This document shows, one piece after another, positions 27,592-37,693 of a stretch of 64,000 nt of DNA. Both the position numbers and the translations under genes were made by a program. Position 1 is the first letter of the stretch. Each line of letters begins with the position of its first letter. A model generated the notes under the pieces. That model was given only the letters and a program-made list of their open reading frames with translations, made no database searches and was not told where the DNA came from. Source of the stretch: an uncultured bacterium (GTDB lineage Bacteria > Actinomycetota > Acidimicrobiia > Spongiisociales > UBA5794); contig CAWDDT010000004.1 in the NCBI GenBank assembly GCA_963801165.1, positions 160,001 through 224,000 of the forward strand. Direction: 5' to 3'.

Positions 27592-27620
27592 AAGTTATCT
27601 ACGGACCGTAGGTAAGTCAA
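27592..27620 (-). promoter_or_regulatory. Sigma-70-type promoter with putative TetR operator
   Basis: Minus strand TTGACT-17bp-TAACTT with palindrome CTACGG-A-CCGTAG in the spacer. Confidence 0.7.
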
Positions 27621-27660
27621 GTTCACGACGCGGCGTAGGAAAGCCGGGTACCATCGCTGC

Positions 27661-28251
27661 ATGCCGCGTATCGAAGCCCCCACAGTTGTCGAGCACCATG
27701 CCGCCCGGGCGGCTGAATTGTCGCGCCTTGCCGTCGAGATTGTCGAGACCGATGGTGCGGCCGCGCTTACCCTCGCGGAACTTGCCAGGCGGGCCGGGCT
27801 GTCGCGGCCCTCGCTATACAGCTACTTCCAGTCGCGGGATGACCTGATGACAACGATCTGTGAGCAGGCGGTGACGGTGTGGGCAGAAGAGGTCATCGCC
27901 AGCATGGAGGTGGAGACCGACCCGCTCTTGCGGTTGCGAGCCTTTGTCACTGCTCAACTGGAAGCAGCGGCGGAGAGCAAGCACCAGGCGGCGTTTGCTC
28001 TGCTGGAGTCTGGTCTGAGCCCCGAAGGGCACGAGCGGGTGATGGCCGCCCACGCCCCGCTGCAGGCGGCCCTGCGCCAGGCGGTAGAACAGATCGGGCT
28101 CGAAGCGGCTGCGGCGGTGGTTCCGATGGTGCAGGCCGTGGTTTCGTCGGCGTACGGCCAGATCCGGGCCGGAGCCGATGCCGATCAGGTGATGCGGGGG
28201 GCCAGCCTCTTCATCGAAGGTGGGCTGGGGGCTCTTATCGACCCGGGCTGA
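27661..28251 (+). CDS. TetR/AcrR family regulator
   Basis: LTLAELARRAGLSRPSLYSYFQSRDDL; divergent from the ABC operon. Confidence 0.93.
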   Translation: MPRIEAPTVVEHHAARAAELSRLAVEIVETDGAAALTLAELARRAGLSRPSLYSYFQSRDDLMTTICEQAVTVWAEEVIASMEVETDPLLRLRAFVTAQLEAAAESKHQAAFALLESGLSPEGHERVMAAHAPLQAALRQAVEQIGLEAAAAVVPMVQAVVSSAYGQIRAGADADQVMRGASLFIEGGLGALIDPG

Positions 28252-28374
28252 CCCCGCATATCAGTGCCCCCGCTTGCGGGGGAACTGTACCGCCGCCAAA
28301 GGCGGGGGTAAGGGGGCTGCCGGCGGAGTTGGCGGTATTGAGGCGAGATGTCCGCGCTTCGCCGACATGACATA

Positions 28375-28407
28375 ACGAAGGCCGGCCCTCCGTGGGCCGG
28401 CCTTCGT
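28375..28407. terminator. Hairpin between convergent genes
   Basis: ACGAAGGCCGGCCC-TCCGT-GGGCCGGCCTTCGT. Confidence 0.7.
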
Positions 28408-28430
28408 CGTTTTGTGGTTGAGTGTTGTCT

Positions 28431-30224
28431 TCAGCTACCGATGCCGAGCGCCCTGGCCAGGAATGTGGCCATCTGCGCACGGGTGACCGGATCGTCCGGG
28501 CTGTAGGTGCCAGGGCCGGTCCCGACGGTGATGCCGGCTGCGGCGATAGCGTTGATGTCGCCTTCGAAGATCGACGAGTCGTCGTCACCGAAAGCGTCGA
28601 CGCTGCTACTCGAGACGTCGAAAGTACGCTTCAAGAACGCGGCCATCTCTCCCCGGGTGACAGGATCATCCGGGCTGAATGTGGTTGCGCTCGTCCCCAC
28701 CGTGATCCCGACTGCGGCGATAGCGTTGATGTCGCCTTCGAAGATCGACGTGTCGTCATCTCCAAAGAAATCGGTGCTGGTCGCAGGCAGGTTGAGAGCC
28801 CGGTTGAGGAAGGCAGCCATCTGGCCTCTTGTAATCGGGTTGTTGGGGCTGAACGTGTCTGGCCCGGTGCCCTTGGTGATCCCCAGCGAGGCAATCAGGT
28901 CGATGTTGCCCTGGTGGACGCTGGCGTTGTCATCGTCGAACCAGCCGTCGGGGCCGAGATTCGGAATCGCCTGGACGAGAAGTCCGAAGGTGCCGCCGGC
29001 GAGGTCACCGATGGCGTAGACGATCGTGCTTTGGCCCTCGGGGAGGGTCACATCACCTGCGTCGAATGCGACGGTGTCGGTGCCGGCTGCGTTGATGGTG
29101 ACGCCATAGGTGCCTGCGGCTACATCGAGTTGGCCTTCCATGGGGTTGGTGACGTTCTCGAATAGCGGGAGGGAGCCGTTGGCGATGATGTCAACGGCAG
29201 GGGCATCGGCAAGGTGGCGAACCACGAGCCGTGCCTCGCCGGCCGCGATCTTGCTGACGTCATTGACGAACACTCCGAGAGTGGGTGTACCCACGTCGTT
29301 GAGATGCGCAACGATGGACGCGTTGGCTCCCGCGGGCAGCGTTGCTGCTCCCACAATGGCAGGTGCGGTCGTCAGCGGGTCAGCGCCTTCGGGATAGATG
29401 GCAATCGTGTAGTCGGTGGCGGGCAGAATGATCGGGCCCAGCACGGTGCCAGGCTCGAAGCCCGGGATTGTCAGATTGCCGTTCAGGTACACGTCCACAG
29501 TGAGTCCGGGGACCCCGTGTACGACTGTTGCGATGCCGTTGGCTCCGGTGTCGGGGAGGTCGATCATCTGGACGAGAAGTCCGAGGGTGCCGCCGGCGAG
29601 GTCACCGATGGCGTAGACGATCGTGCTTTGGCCCTCGGGGAGGGTCACATCACCTGCGTCGAATGCGACGGTGTCGGTGCCGGCTGCGTTGATGGTGACG
29701 CCATAGGTGCCTGCGGCTACATCGAGTTGGCCTTCCATGGGGTTGGTGACGTTCTCGAATAGCGGGAGGGAGCCGTTGGCGATGATGTCAACGGCAGGGG
29801 CATCGGCAAGGTGGCGAACCACGAGCCGGCCGTTGTTGGGATCGGTCTGAGTCGTGTCGTTCAGGAATGCCGAGAGTGCAAGACCTCCGCCTTCGGTCAA
29901 ATGGGCGACGGCCGAGACGTTTCCACCGGGCGGCAGATACAACTCAGCGGACAGCACCGGTGCTGCGACCAAAGCTGGTCCCTCACCGGTGAGGTAGATG
30001 TCGACCTGGTGCGACCCTGATGGCAATGCAATCGGGTCGGTGACTGTGTTCGGCGCAAAACCCGGGAGCGCGTTGGCGCCATCCACGTAGACATCGACTG
30101 TGACCCCGGGTATTCCGTGAACCACGGTCAGTTCGGCCGACGTCTCCTCCGCAACGGCGGGGGCGACGGCGAGCAACGACGCAATCATGATTGCGGCGAG
30201 CACGAATATCGAGCGTTTTCTCAT
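28431..30224 (-). CDS. Secreted protein with tandem DUF4397-like domains and three SLH domains
   Basis: Signal peptide; repeated VVHG.PG.TVDVY and VRHLADAPAVD; three GIT.GT...FSP..P.TR..MA.FL.R SLH repeats. Confidence 0.88.
   Translation of the reverse strand: MRKRSIFVLAAIMIASLLAVAPAVAEETSAELTVVHGIPGVTVDVYVDGANALPGFAPNTVTDPIALPSGSHQVDIYLTGEGPALVAAPVLSAELYLPPGGNVSAVAHLTEGGGLALSAFLNDTTQTDPNNGRLVVRHLADAPAVDIIANGSLPLFENVTNPMEGQLDVAAGTYGVTINAAGTDTVAFDAGDVTLPEGQSTIVYAIGDLAGGTLGLLVQMIDLPDTGANGIATVVHGVPGLTVDVYLNGNLTIPGFEPGTVLGPIILPATDYTIAIYPEGADPLTTAPAIVGAATLPAGANASIVAHLNDVGTPTLGVFVNDVSKIAAGEARLVVRHLADAPAVDIIANGSLPLFENVTNPMEGQLDVAAGTYGVTINAAGTDTVAFDAGDVTLPEGQSTIVYAIGDLAGGTFGLLVQAIPNLGPDGWFDDDNASVHQGNIDLIASLGITKGTGPDTFSPNNPITRGQMAAFLNRALNLPATSTDFFGDDDTSIFEGDINAIAAVGITVGTSATTFSPDDPVTRGEMAAFLKRTFDVSSSSVDAFGDDDSSIFEGDINAIAAAGITVGTGPGTYSPDDPVTRAQMATFLARALGIGS
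28971..29828. repeat. Near-identical 261-bp intragenic direct repeat
   Basis: 28971-29231 vs 29568-29828, one mismatch seen. Confidence 0.9.
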
Positions 30225-30368
30225 TGAGTCCCTCCTAATGGGTGCGGACTGATGTCCGCTGTCACCCGTTGTTCGGTGCGACCACCGTCGCCGGATGATT
30301 TACTACTAAAACTGTAGAGTCGACAATCCGTGCGTTGATTCCGCTTTCGGATAAGCTGCGGGCATCTC

Positions 30369-31247
30369 ATGAGTGACCCGAATACCCTCGGCAGCCTTGT
30401 TAGGAAGCGCCGTCTCGAATCTGGATACTCTCTCGGTCAGCTGGCCTCCAAGGTAGGCAAGACGGCCGCTGAGGTGCGCGCCTGGGAGCGCGACTCCGAA
30501 TTGCCCGAACACGGGATCATCGAGCGTCTCGCCTCGACTCTGGAGATCGACCTCGACGAGATCAAAAAGCGTCTCGACGCAGGCAAGAAGGCCTTTGAGG
30601 CCGAGCGCAATGCCGCGCAGCACGCCGCAGCTGAGGAGAATGCGGATCCCGAACAGCCGGAGAAGGTCGCGGAGCCCATCCCGGCTCCGGTCGTGCAGGT
30701 CGAGGGCATCCCCGCAAACTCCGAGCGCGACGAGGATGACGACGAGGAGGACAAGGCGGAGGAGGATCTCCCCGGCTTTGTCGTCGACGACCCTTTCACG
30801 CCACCGCCGGCGCCACCGGTTGAGGAGTTGCCGCCGGAGAGCGATGATCTCCCGTCCGGGTGGGTCGACTCCGACCTGCTCGATGCGCCCACGGAGGCGG
30901 TCCCGGTGCCGATGATCACGGGCACGGCGACCGCCGCCCGGGCCAGCCGTGCCGCGGCCTTCCTCGAGGAGCCACCGCCGCCGCCTTCCGTGGCGTTCGC
31001 ACCATCCGAGGAGGATCAGGGCTTGTTGCGGTACCTCGAGCCGCTGCGGGCGCTCTTCGATCCGCACCAGCGGTACCTCTACTGGATCAGGGCGGGATTG
31101 ACGATCGTGGCGATGCTCGTGTTATTGGTCATCCTGCTCACTGAGCTCGGCAAGCTGCTTGATGCGATCGGTGAATTGATCGACACCATCAAACCGGCGA
31201 CCAATACCGATCAGCTCAACCCGATTGGGCTGATCTGGTTCTTCTAG
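30369..31247 (+). CDS. XRE-family HTH protein with acidic linker and C-terminal TM
   Basis: LGSLVRKRR...SLGQLA..VG....V.AWER; TM near the C terminus. Confidence 0.8.
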   Translation: MSDPNTLGSLVRKRRLESGYSLGQLASKVGKTAAEVRAWERDSELPEHGIIERLASTLEIDLDEIKKRLDAGKKAFEAERNAAQHAAAEENADPEQPEKVAEPIPAPVVQVEGIPANSERDEDDDEEDKAEEDLPGFVVDDPFTPPPAPPVEELPPESDDLPSGWVDSDLLDAPTEAVPVPMITGTATAARASRAAAFLEEPPPPPSVAFAPSEEDQGLLRYLEPLRALFDPHQRYLYWIRAGLTIVAMLVLLVILLTELGKLLDAIGELIDTIKPATNTDQLNPIGLIWFF

Positions 31248-31966
31248 AGGTACGCCCGCAGTAATAGGCCGGCGGCCGCCACCGATGAGATGGCGAGGAT
31301 CGCGGGTCTGATCCCACGGCTGTCGAGAAGGTGGCGGAGTCGGGAGCTGATCAGATAGCCGGCGACGAGCCCGGGGAGCAGCAAAGCCGTGATGGTCAGG
31401 TCGTCGTGGCTGATTCGATGGGCGCCGATGCGGAACAGGATGGTGACGAGCAGACCACCCGAGAAGAACAGCGACAGGCTCGCCCGGATCGTGGGCCCCT
31501 CCGAGTCCTTGAAGAGGAGCGCCGCCGGAGGCCCGCCCATCGAGGCCACCATGCCCATCACGCCGGCGGCGATACCGGTGCCGAGCTCGGCAGGTGCGTT
31601 GCGAGGGACCTTGAGACCGGTGCCCAGGATTAGGACGGCGACCAGCACGGACAGGGCGATCCCGACGTCGATGCTGCGCTGGGCGGCGAGTCCGAGGATC
31701 CACAGACCGATCAGCGCACCCGGGACCCTCCCCGCCAGCATCCAGCCGACACCCCTGGCGTCGATGGCGTGCCGCTCCCGCCAGGTCATGGCCAGGCTGA
31801 GTGGTGCCGCCAGCAGCAGCTGCGGGACCGGGGCCAGGATCGGGTTGAGCAGAGACAGGATCGGAACCGATACTACGGAGAAGCCAATCCCGACAGTCCC
31901 TTGCACCACCGCGGCAACAAGCGTTACGGCGAGCGCTATCGTCAGCTCAAATGGAGATAGAGGCAT
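31244..31966 (-). CDS. TauE/SafE family sulfite exporter
   Basis: AAVVQGTVGIGF, GGPP motif, many TM segments. Confidence 0.88.
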   Translation of the reverse strand: MPLSPFELTIALAVTLVAAVVQGTVGIGFSVVSVPILSLLNPILAPVPQLLLAAPLSLAMTWRERHAIDARGVGWMLAGRVPGALIGLWILGLAAQRSIDVGIALSVLVAVLILGTGLKVPRNAPAELGTGIAAGVMGMVASMGGPPAALLFKDSEGPTIRASLSLFFSGGLLVTILFRIGAHRISHDDLTITALLLPGLVAGYLISSRLRHLLDSRGIRPAILAISSVAAAGLLLRAYL

Positions 31967-32126
31967 CGGGACTTCACGGGAGCAGAATGCGGAGTATGGC
32001 ACCCTCCGGCCACGGCGGTGTGTTTTGCGGTGTGGATGGGGCACCGATTTGGCGAGCCTTGCCAAGCCCCGAGAACTTTGATTACGATGCCGCTCGCCAA
32101 CCGGCTTTACCTGTGCAGTAGGGATA

Positions 32127-33290
32127 GTGGACCACCAGAACCGTAAGAGCGCCGTCGTCGCGACCCGTCCGGGGCGCCGTTTGCTCGGTCTCGTTGCCAG
32201 CCTCGGCCTGCTGCTGGCCGCCTGTTCCGGATCGGGCCCCCAGACCGCACTGAACCCCGCAGGTCCGGTGGCACGCACCATCGACAACCTCTGGGAGATG
32301 GTCTTCGTGCTGGCGGTGATCGTCTTCGTACTCGTCGAGGGGGCGCTGCTCTTCACGATTTACCGGTGGCGAGCCCGCAAGGACGACGATACCGAGCCCG
32401 TCCAGGTGCACGGAAACACCCGGCTCGAGATCGTGTGGACGATCATCCCGGTCGTCGTGCTCGCCTTTGTCGCCGTGCCGATGGTGAAGGGGGTGTTCGA
32501 CGTGAGGGCGGTCGCCCAGGGAAGCGACGTACTCCAGGTGCAGGTTACGGGCCATCAATGGTGGTGGGAGTTCGAGTATGTCGACCTGGCCGATGCCAGC
32601 GGGCGCACCATCGACACCGCAAACGAGCTGGTGATTCCAGAGGACACCAAGGTCAACCTCACCATGACGTCTGCTGACGTCATCCACAGCTTCTGGGTGC
32701 CGACCCTCAACGGCAAACGCGATGTCGTGCCCAACCGGATCACGAACCTCACCCTGATCGCCGACGATCCGACGCCGCCCGACCAGCCTCATCCGGGGCA
32801 GTGCGCCGAGTTCTGCGGTCTGGCACACGCCGACATGCGATTCAAGGTGCACGTCCGCACCAAAGCCGATTTCGATGCCTGGGTGCAAGAGCAGCTGCAG
32901 CCGGCGCAGACACCGACCGATGGTGCTGCAGCCGCCGGGTTAACGGCCTTCAGCTCGACGTGTGTCGCCTGCCACGACGCCACCGTCGCGGGTGACAGCG
33001 GCATCCAGGACATCGGCCCGGTTCGTACCATCGAGGTCGACGGCGTCACGTTCCGATCCTCGCTTGCCCCCAACCTGACCCACTTCGCCTCCCGGGCCAC
33101 GTTTGCGGGGAGTGTGTTCGAGAACACCACGGACCACCTCGCCCAGTGGCTGGCGAACCCGTCGGCGCTCAAACCGATGCGACCCGACCTCAACGACGTG
33201 CCAAACGGGCGCATCCTGGGCATGCCCAACTACAACCTGTCGTCCGACGACATCTCCAACCTGATTGCCCTGTTGGAAGGATGGAAGTGA
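32127..33290 (+). CDS. coxB: Cytochrome c oxidase subunit II with fused cytochrome c
   Basis: Lipobox LAAC, GHQWWW, DVIHSFW, CAEFCGLAHADM CuA site, CVACH heme motif. Confidence 0.95.
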   Translation: MDHQNRKSAVVATRPGRRLLGLVASLGLLLAACSGSGPQTALNPAGPVARTIDNLWEMVFVLAVIVFVLVEGALLFTIYRWRARKDDDTEPVQVHGNTRLEIVWTIIPVVVLAFVAVPMVKGVFDVRAVAQGSDVLQVQVTGHQWWWEFEYVDLADASGRTIDTANELVIPEDTKVNLTMTSADVIHSFWVPTLNGKRDVVPNRITNLTLIADDPTPPDQPHPGQCAEFCGLAHADMRFKVHVRTKADFDAWVQEQLQPAQTPTDGAAAAGLTAFSSTCVACHDATVAGDSGIQDIGPVRTIEVDGVTFRSSLAPNLTHFASRATFAGSVFENTTDHLAQWLANPSALKPMRPDLNDVPNGRILGMPNYNLSSDDISNLIALLEGWK

Positions 33291-33291
33291 C

Positions 33292-35175
33292 ATGGTGATC
33301 GACAGCGGGCCCGAGATAACGGCAGCACCCACCAAAGGGATCTGGAGCTGGATAACCACGGTCGATCACAAGCGGATCGGCCTCATGTACGGCATCACCG
33401 GTCTCGCCGCGTTCTTCATTGCCGGTCTCGAGGCGCTGTTGATCCGTCTGCAGCTGGCCACACCCAACGGGACGCTGATCAGCTCCGACACATACGACCA
33501 GCTCTTCACGATGCACGGTCTCACCATGCTGCTCGTTGTCGTCATGCCGATCGGGGCGGCGTTCATGAACTACTTCATACCGCTTCACATCGGGGCGAGG
33601 GACGTCGCGTTCCCAAGGGCGAACGCGTTCAGCTACTGGCTGTTCCTCTTCGCCACGATTCTGCTGCTGTCCTCCTTCGTACTTGGCGGTGCGCCCGACG
33701 GCGGATGGTTTGGATACGCCCCGCTGTCAACAGAGCTCCGTGAGATCGTCCGGATGGACTTCTACTCGATCGGTGCCCAGCTGCTCGGCGTGGCCTCGAT
33801 CATGGCCTCTGCCAACTTCATTGCCACTGTGTTCACCATGCGGGCACCGGGTATGAGCCTGATGCGGATGCCGGTGTTCACGTGGATGGCGGTCGTTACC
33901 TCCTTCCTGCTCATCTTCTCGCTGCCGATCTTCGGCATCGGGCTCTGGCAGATGTTCTTCGACCGGAATTTCGGCACGCAGTTCTACAGCGGGGCGGGTG
34001 ATCCGCTGTTGTGGCAGCACCTGTTCTGGTTGTTCGGTCACCCGGAGGTGTACGTCCTGATCCTGCCGGCGATGGGCATCGTTTCCGAGGTGTTCCCGGT
34101 GTTCAGTCGCAAGCCGCTGTTCGGCTACCCGTTTGTCGTGTTCTCCGGCATCGCCATCGGCTTCATGGGATTCGGGGTGTGGGCCCACCACATGTATACG
34201 GCGGGTCTGGGCCCGGTCGCCGAGGCCGGTTTCGGGATCGCAACGATGATGATCGCCGTCCCCACCGGCGTGAAGATATTCAACTGGATCGGGACGATGT
34301 GGGGTGGCAAGCTCAGCTTCGAGTTACCCATGCTGTTTGCCATCGGCTTTGTCTCGATGTTCGTCGTCGGCGGGCTCTCCGGCGTGCTCCACTCGGTCGT
34401 TCCGTCCGACTATCAGCAGACCGACACGTACTTCGTGGTGGCGCACTTCCACTACGTGCTATTCGGCGGCGGTGTCTTCGGGTATGTCGCCGGCGCCTAT
34501 TACTGGTTCCCCAAGTGGACCGGCAGGATGCTCGACAAGAAGCTCGGCCTCTGGCATTTCTGGTTGATGCTCCTCGGTTTCAACATGACCTTTGCGCCGA
34601 TGCACATCCTCGGTCTCAACGGCATGCCGCGGCGTACCTACCGGTACCCGCCGGGTCTCGGCTGGGAGTTCTGGAACCAGGTGGCGACGGTCGGTGCCTT
34701 CATCATCGCCATCTCCTTCGTGCTCTTTGCCTGGAACATCATCAGAAGCATCAAGGGTGGCCGTCCCGCAGGGAGCGATCCGTGGGATGGGAGGACCCTG
34801 GAATGGTCGATCTCGTCGCCACCGCCGGTGCACAACTTCGACGAGGTTCCCGTGGTCAGCCACCTCGACGAGTTCTGGCATCGCAAGTACGCCAGCGACG
34901 ACGCGGGGCGGGCGGTGCGTGTGCCCGCCGTGGCCGGCGGGACCATCACCGCGGAGACGACAACCGGTGGAGAGGACGGCCCCAAGGCCGGCATCCACAT
35001 GCCGTCTCCCTCGTACTATCCGATTGTGTCGGCGTTCGGCATCTTCGTGACCGCATACGGGCTCGTCTACATACCCGGAGGCTGGGTCGCGGTCGGGATA
35101 GGCGTGGCTATCGCCCTGATGGGATTCTTCGGGTGGTCTCTGGAGCCGGTAACGAGGGAAGGCAGCCATGACTAG
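33292..35175 (+). CDS. ctaD: Cytochrome c oxidase subunit I
   Basis: TVDHKRIG, GHPEVY, WAHHM, VAHFHY, GMPRR. Confidence 0.97.
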   Translation: MVIDSGPEITAAPTKGIWSWITTVDHKRIGLMYGITGLAAFFIAGLEALLIRLQLATPNGTLISSDTYDQLFTMHGLTMLLVVVMPIGAAFMNYFIPLHIGARDVAFPRANAFSYWLFLFATILLLSSFVLGGAPDGGWFGYAPLSTELREIVRMDFYSIGAQLLGVASIMASANFIATVFTMRAPGMSLMRMPVFTWMAVVTSFLLIFSLPIFGIGLWQMFFDRNFGTQFYSGAGDPLLWQHLFWLFGHPEVYVLILPAMGIVSEVFPVFSRKPLFGYPFVVFSGIAIGFMGFGVWAHHMYTAGLGPVAEAGFGIATMMIAVPTGVKIFNWIGTMWGGKLSFELPMLFAIGFVSMFVVGGLSGVLHSVVPSDYQQTDTYFVVAHFHYVLFGGGVFGYVAGAYYWFPKWTGRMLDKKLGLWHFWLMLLGFNMTFAPMHILGLNGMPRRTYRYPPGLGWEFWNQVATVGAFIIAISFVLFAWNIIRSIKGGRPAGSDPWDGRTLEWSISSPPPVHNFDEVPVVSHLDEFWHRKYASDDAGRAVRVPAVAGGTITAETTTGGEDGPKAGIHMPSPSYYPIVSAFGIFVTAYGLVYIPGGWVAVGIGVAIALMGFFGWSLEPVTREGSHD

Positions 35176-35761
35176 CGAAGCGGCGTCGGCACCGGCGCAG
35201 GAACATCACGATGTGCGCCCCGTCCGCAAGGCGGCGATGTGGGTGTTTCTCGGCTCGGAGTGCATGTTCTTCGGCTCGATGATCGCCACATTCCTCCTCT
35301 ACCGGAACCAGACGGGTGGCGGGCCCGGAGCCGACATCTTCAATCTGGGATTCACCTCGGTCAGCTCGTTCGTGCTGTTGATGAGCTCGCTGACCATGGT
35401 GCTGGCACACAACGCCTTCACTAACAGCGATGCCCGCGGCACCCGGATCTGGCTGGCCGCCACCGCGCTGCTCGGCATCACCTTCCTCGCCGGTCAGATT
35501 TTCGAGTTCACAGATTTCGTGCGTGAGGGGCTGACGATTTCGGGCAGCTCGTTCGGCTCGGCGTTTTTCATGCTCACCGGCTTCCACGGCGGGCACGTTG
35601 CGCTTGGCGTCGTCATGCTGCTTGCGATGCTCTATCTGTCGTTCGACGGTCGTCTCTACGATGATCACGGTCTCAACGTGGAGCTCGTCGGTCTCTACTG
35701 GCACTTCGTCGACATAGTCTGGATCGTCATCTTCACTGTCGTCTACCTTCTCCAGATCTGA
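35168..35761 (+). CDS. ctaE: Cytochrome c oxidase subunit III
   Basis: WVFLGSE, LTGFHG.HV, YWHFVDIVW. Confidence 0.95.
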   Translation: MTSEAASAPAQEHHDVRPVRKAAMWVFLGSECMFFGSMIATFLLYRNQTGGGPGADIFNLGFTSVSSFVLLMSSLTMVLAHNAFTNSDARGTRIWLAATALLGITFLAGQIFEFTDFVREGLTISGSSFGSAFFMLTGFHGGHVALGVVMLLAMLYLSFDGRLYDDHGLNVELVGLYWHFVDIVWIVIFTVVYLLQI

Positions 35762-35764
35762 GTC

Positions 35765-36073
35765 ATGGCACAAGCAACGACCACCAAAACGACCGCCAAA
35801 AGGCACCCCACACCAGCGCTCTACTGGGGGATTGCGATATTCCTCGCCGCCGTCACCGGGATGGAAATCAGCGTCCCGAATATTGACATCCCCGACGCGG
35901 TCAAGGTGCCGCTGCTGATAGTGCTCGGAGCCATCAAGTTCGCCGTCGTCGTCATGTTCTTCATGCATCTGCGCTACGACAAGAAGCTATACAGAAACCT
36001 CTTTCTGTTTGGCGTGATCGGGGTCATCCCGCTGTTCACAGTCGTACTGCTGGCGATGCACGCCTTCACCTGA
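35765..36073 (+). CDS. Cytochrome c oxidase subunit IV
   Basis: KF..VV.FFMHLRYD motif, operon position. Confidence 0.88.
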   Translation: MAQATTTKTTAKRHPTPALYWGIAIFLAAVTGMEISVPNIDIPDAVKVPLLIVLGAIKFAVVVMFFMHLRYDKKLYRNLFLFGVIGVIPLFTVVLLAMHAFT

Positions 36074-36074
36074 C

Positions 36075-36914
36075 ATGGGCGTCGTCGCCGCCAACCCCGG
36101 TTTCTTCGACGTAGTTCCGTTCGATCCACATCTGGACACCATTGGTGTGCTGGCGGCGATGGTCATCTTCTACGAGTACGGTCTCCGCAGACTGGCGGCG
36201 CAGTACGCCCCTCGCGGTGAGGTGGCGGTCACCCGCAAGCAGCGATGGCTGTTTTACGCCGGGATCTTCTCGCTCTACGCCGTCTCGTCGTGGCCGATCC
36301 ACGACATCGGCGAGCAGAGTCTGTTCGTGTTCCATATGAGCGAGCATCTGGTTTTTGGCCTGGTCGCCCCGCCGCTCCTGCTTGTCGGAACGCCGTGGTG
36401 GCTGATTCGCCTCATCGTCAAGCCGGTGCTCCCAGTGCTGCGCGTGGTCACCAAGCCGTTCGTGGCGCTTGCCCTGTTCAACGGGATGCTGGGGCTGATC
36501 CATGCTCCCGCGGTCGTCGATCTGATGTTGCAGAACGAATTTGCGCACTTCGGCATCCATGCGGTGCTGTTCATGTTCGGCATATTCATGTGGTGGCCGG
36601 TGCTCGGGCCAATACCCGATATCCCACAGCTGGCACCGTTCCCGCGGATGGGATATCTGTTCCTCCAATCGCTGGTGCCGACGATTCCTGCCGCGTTTCT
36701 CACGCTCGGCCAGAAGCCGCTCTATCACATCTACGAGACCCTTCCCCGGCTCTGGGGCATCTCCGCCCTCAACGATCAGATGTATGCCGGGTTGCTGATG
36801 AAGCTCGGGGGCGGCCTCTTGCTATGGGGCTACATCACGTGGATCTGGTTCTCGTGGTGGAACGACGAGCAGCGCTACAGCGATCCGGCCCCGCAGACGA
36901 GGGCACACACCTAG
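36075..36914 (+). CDS. caa3-type oxidase assembly factor (CtaG-like)
   Basis: WPIHD, HMSEHL, PPLLL.G.P.W, MWWPV, DQ..AG..MK. Confidence 0.88.
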   Translation: MGVVAANPGFFDVVPFDPHLDTIGVLAAMVIFYEYGLRRLAAQYAPRGEVAVTRKQRWLFYAGIFSLYAVSSWPIHDIGEQSLFVFHMSEHLVFGLVAPPLLLVGTPWWLIRLIVKPVLPVLRVVTKPFVALALFNGMLGLIHAPAVVDLMLQNEFAHFGIHAVLFMFGIFMWWPVLGPIPDIPQLAPFPRMGYLFLQSLVPTIPAAFLTLGQKPLYHIYETLPRLWGISALNDQMYAGLLMKLGGGLLLWGYITWIWFSWWNDEQRYSDPAPQTRAHT

Positions 36915-37630
36915 GTGTTGGCTCCCTTGCCGTTGCCGGGGCCACCCAGGTAGGCGGCACCGGCGGCGCCGAGCACAACCAGGGCGGCGGCTCCGCCGAA
37001 GATGGCGATGGCGGCTGTGCCCTGGGCAGCCAGCAGCAGTTGGGAAAGGCCGATAGCGAGAGCCGCGATCACGACGATGGCGAGCATCGGTCCGGTCACG
37101 GCGCGGGTGGCCGCTTTCATCATGGCGGCTGTGCTCGCCGGGGCGGCCTCCCCTTCGAGCCCGACGATGCTCTTGGCCGCAAGTGTGGACACCACCCAGG
37201 CGACAAGGGCTCCGGCTACCAGACCTGCGATGAGCACGGTGATTGCCAGCGATGCGACGGGGACGGTGACCACGCCTGCCACGCTGTCACCGGCGAAGCC
37301 GACGCCCGCCCTGAGGATGCTGTAGCCGGCGGCAACTGCTGCCACCAGACCAAAAGGCAGGATGTGGGCAAGTGAGAAGCGGGTGGCGTCGCTGCCGTCA
37401 TCCGGGCCGGCGCCGTAGGCAACCGCAGCCACTATCACACCGGCGAGCAGGGCGACGATGACCCCGGCGAGATAGAGAGCCCCACCGGTCATCGAAAGCT
37501 GACCGTCACCATGGGCGTCTAGCCCGACGCCGCCCATGGCATAACGCCCGGCGACCAGAACGAACAGGGTGATCCCGAGCAAACCTCCGGCGAGGGCACC
37601 TGTGAAGATGACTGTCGAACGATTCCGCAA
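36911..37630 (-). CDS. Hypothetical membrane protein
   Basis: About six TM segments. Confidence 0.7.
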   Translation of the reverse strand: MRNRSTVIFTGALAGGLLGITLFVLVAGRYAMGGVGLDAHGDGQLSMTGGALYLAGVIVALLAGVIVAAVAYGAGPDDGSDATRFSLAHILPFGLVAAVAAGYSILRAGVGFAGDSVAGVVTVPVASLAITVLIAGLVAGALVAWVVSTLAAKSIVGLEGEAAPASTAAMMKAATRAVTGPMLAIVVIAALAIGLSQLLLAAQGTAAIAIFGGAAALVVLGAAGAAYLGGPGNGKGANT

Positions 37631-37693
37631 AGCTCACTCCGATCCGGGCTCGGCCAGGAGTGTAGTCTTCGCCTCGACTTCGTTTCGGCTCTG

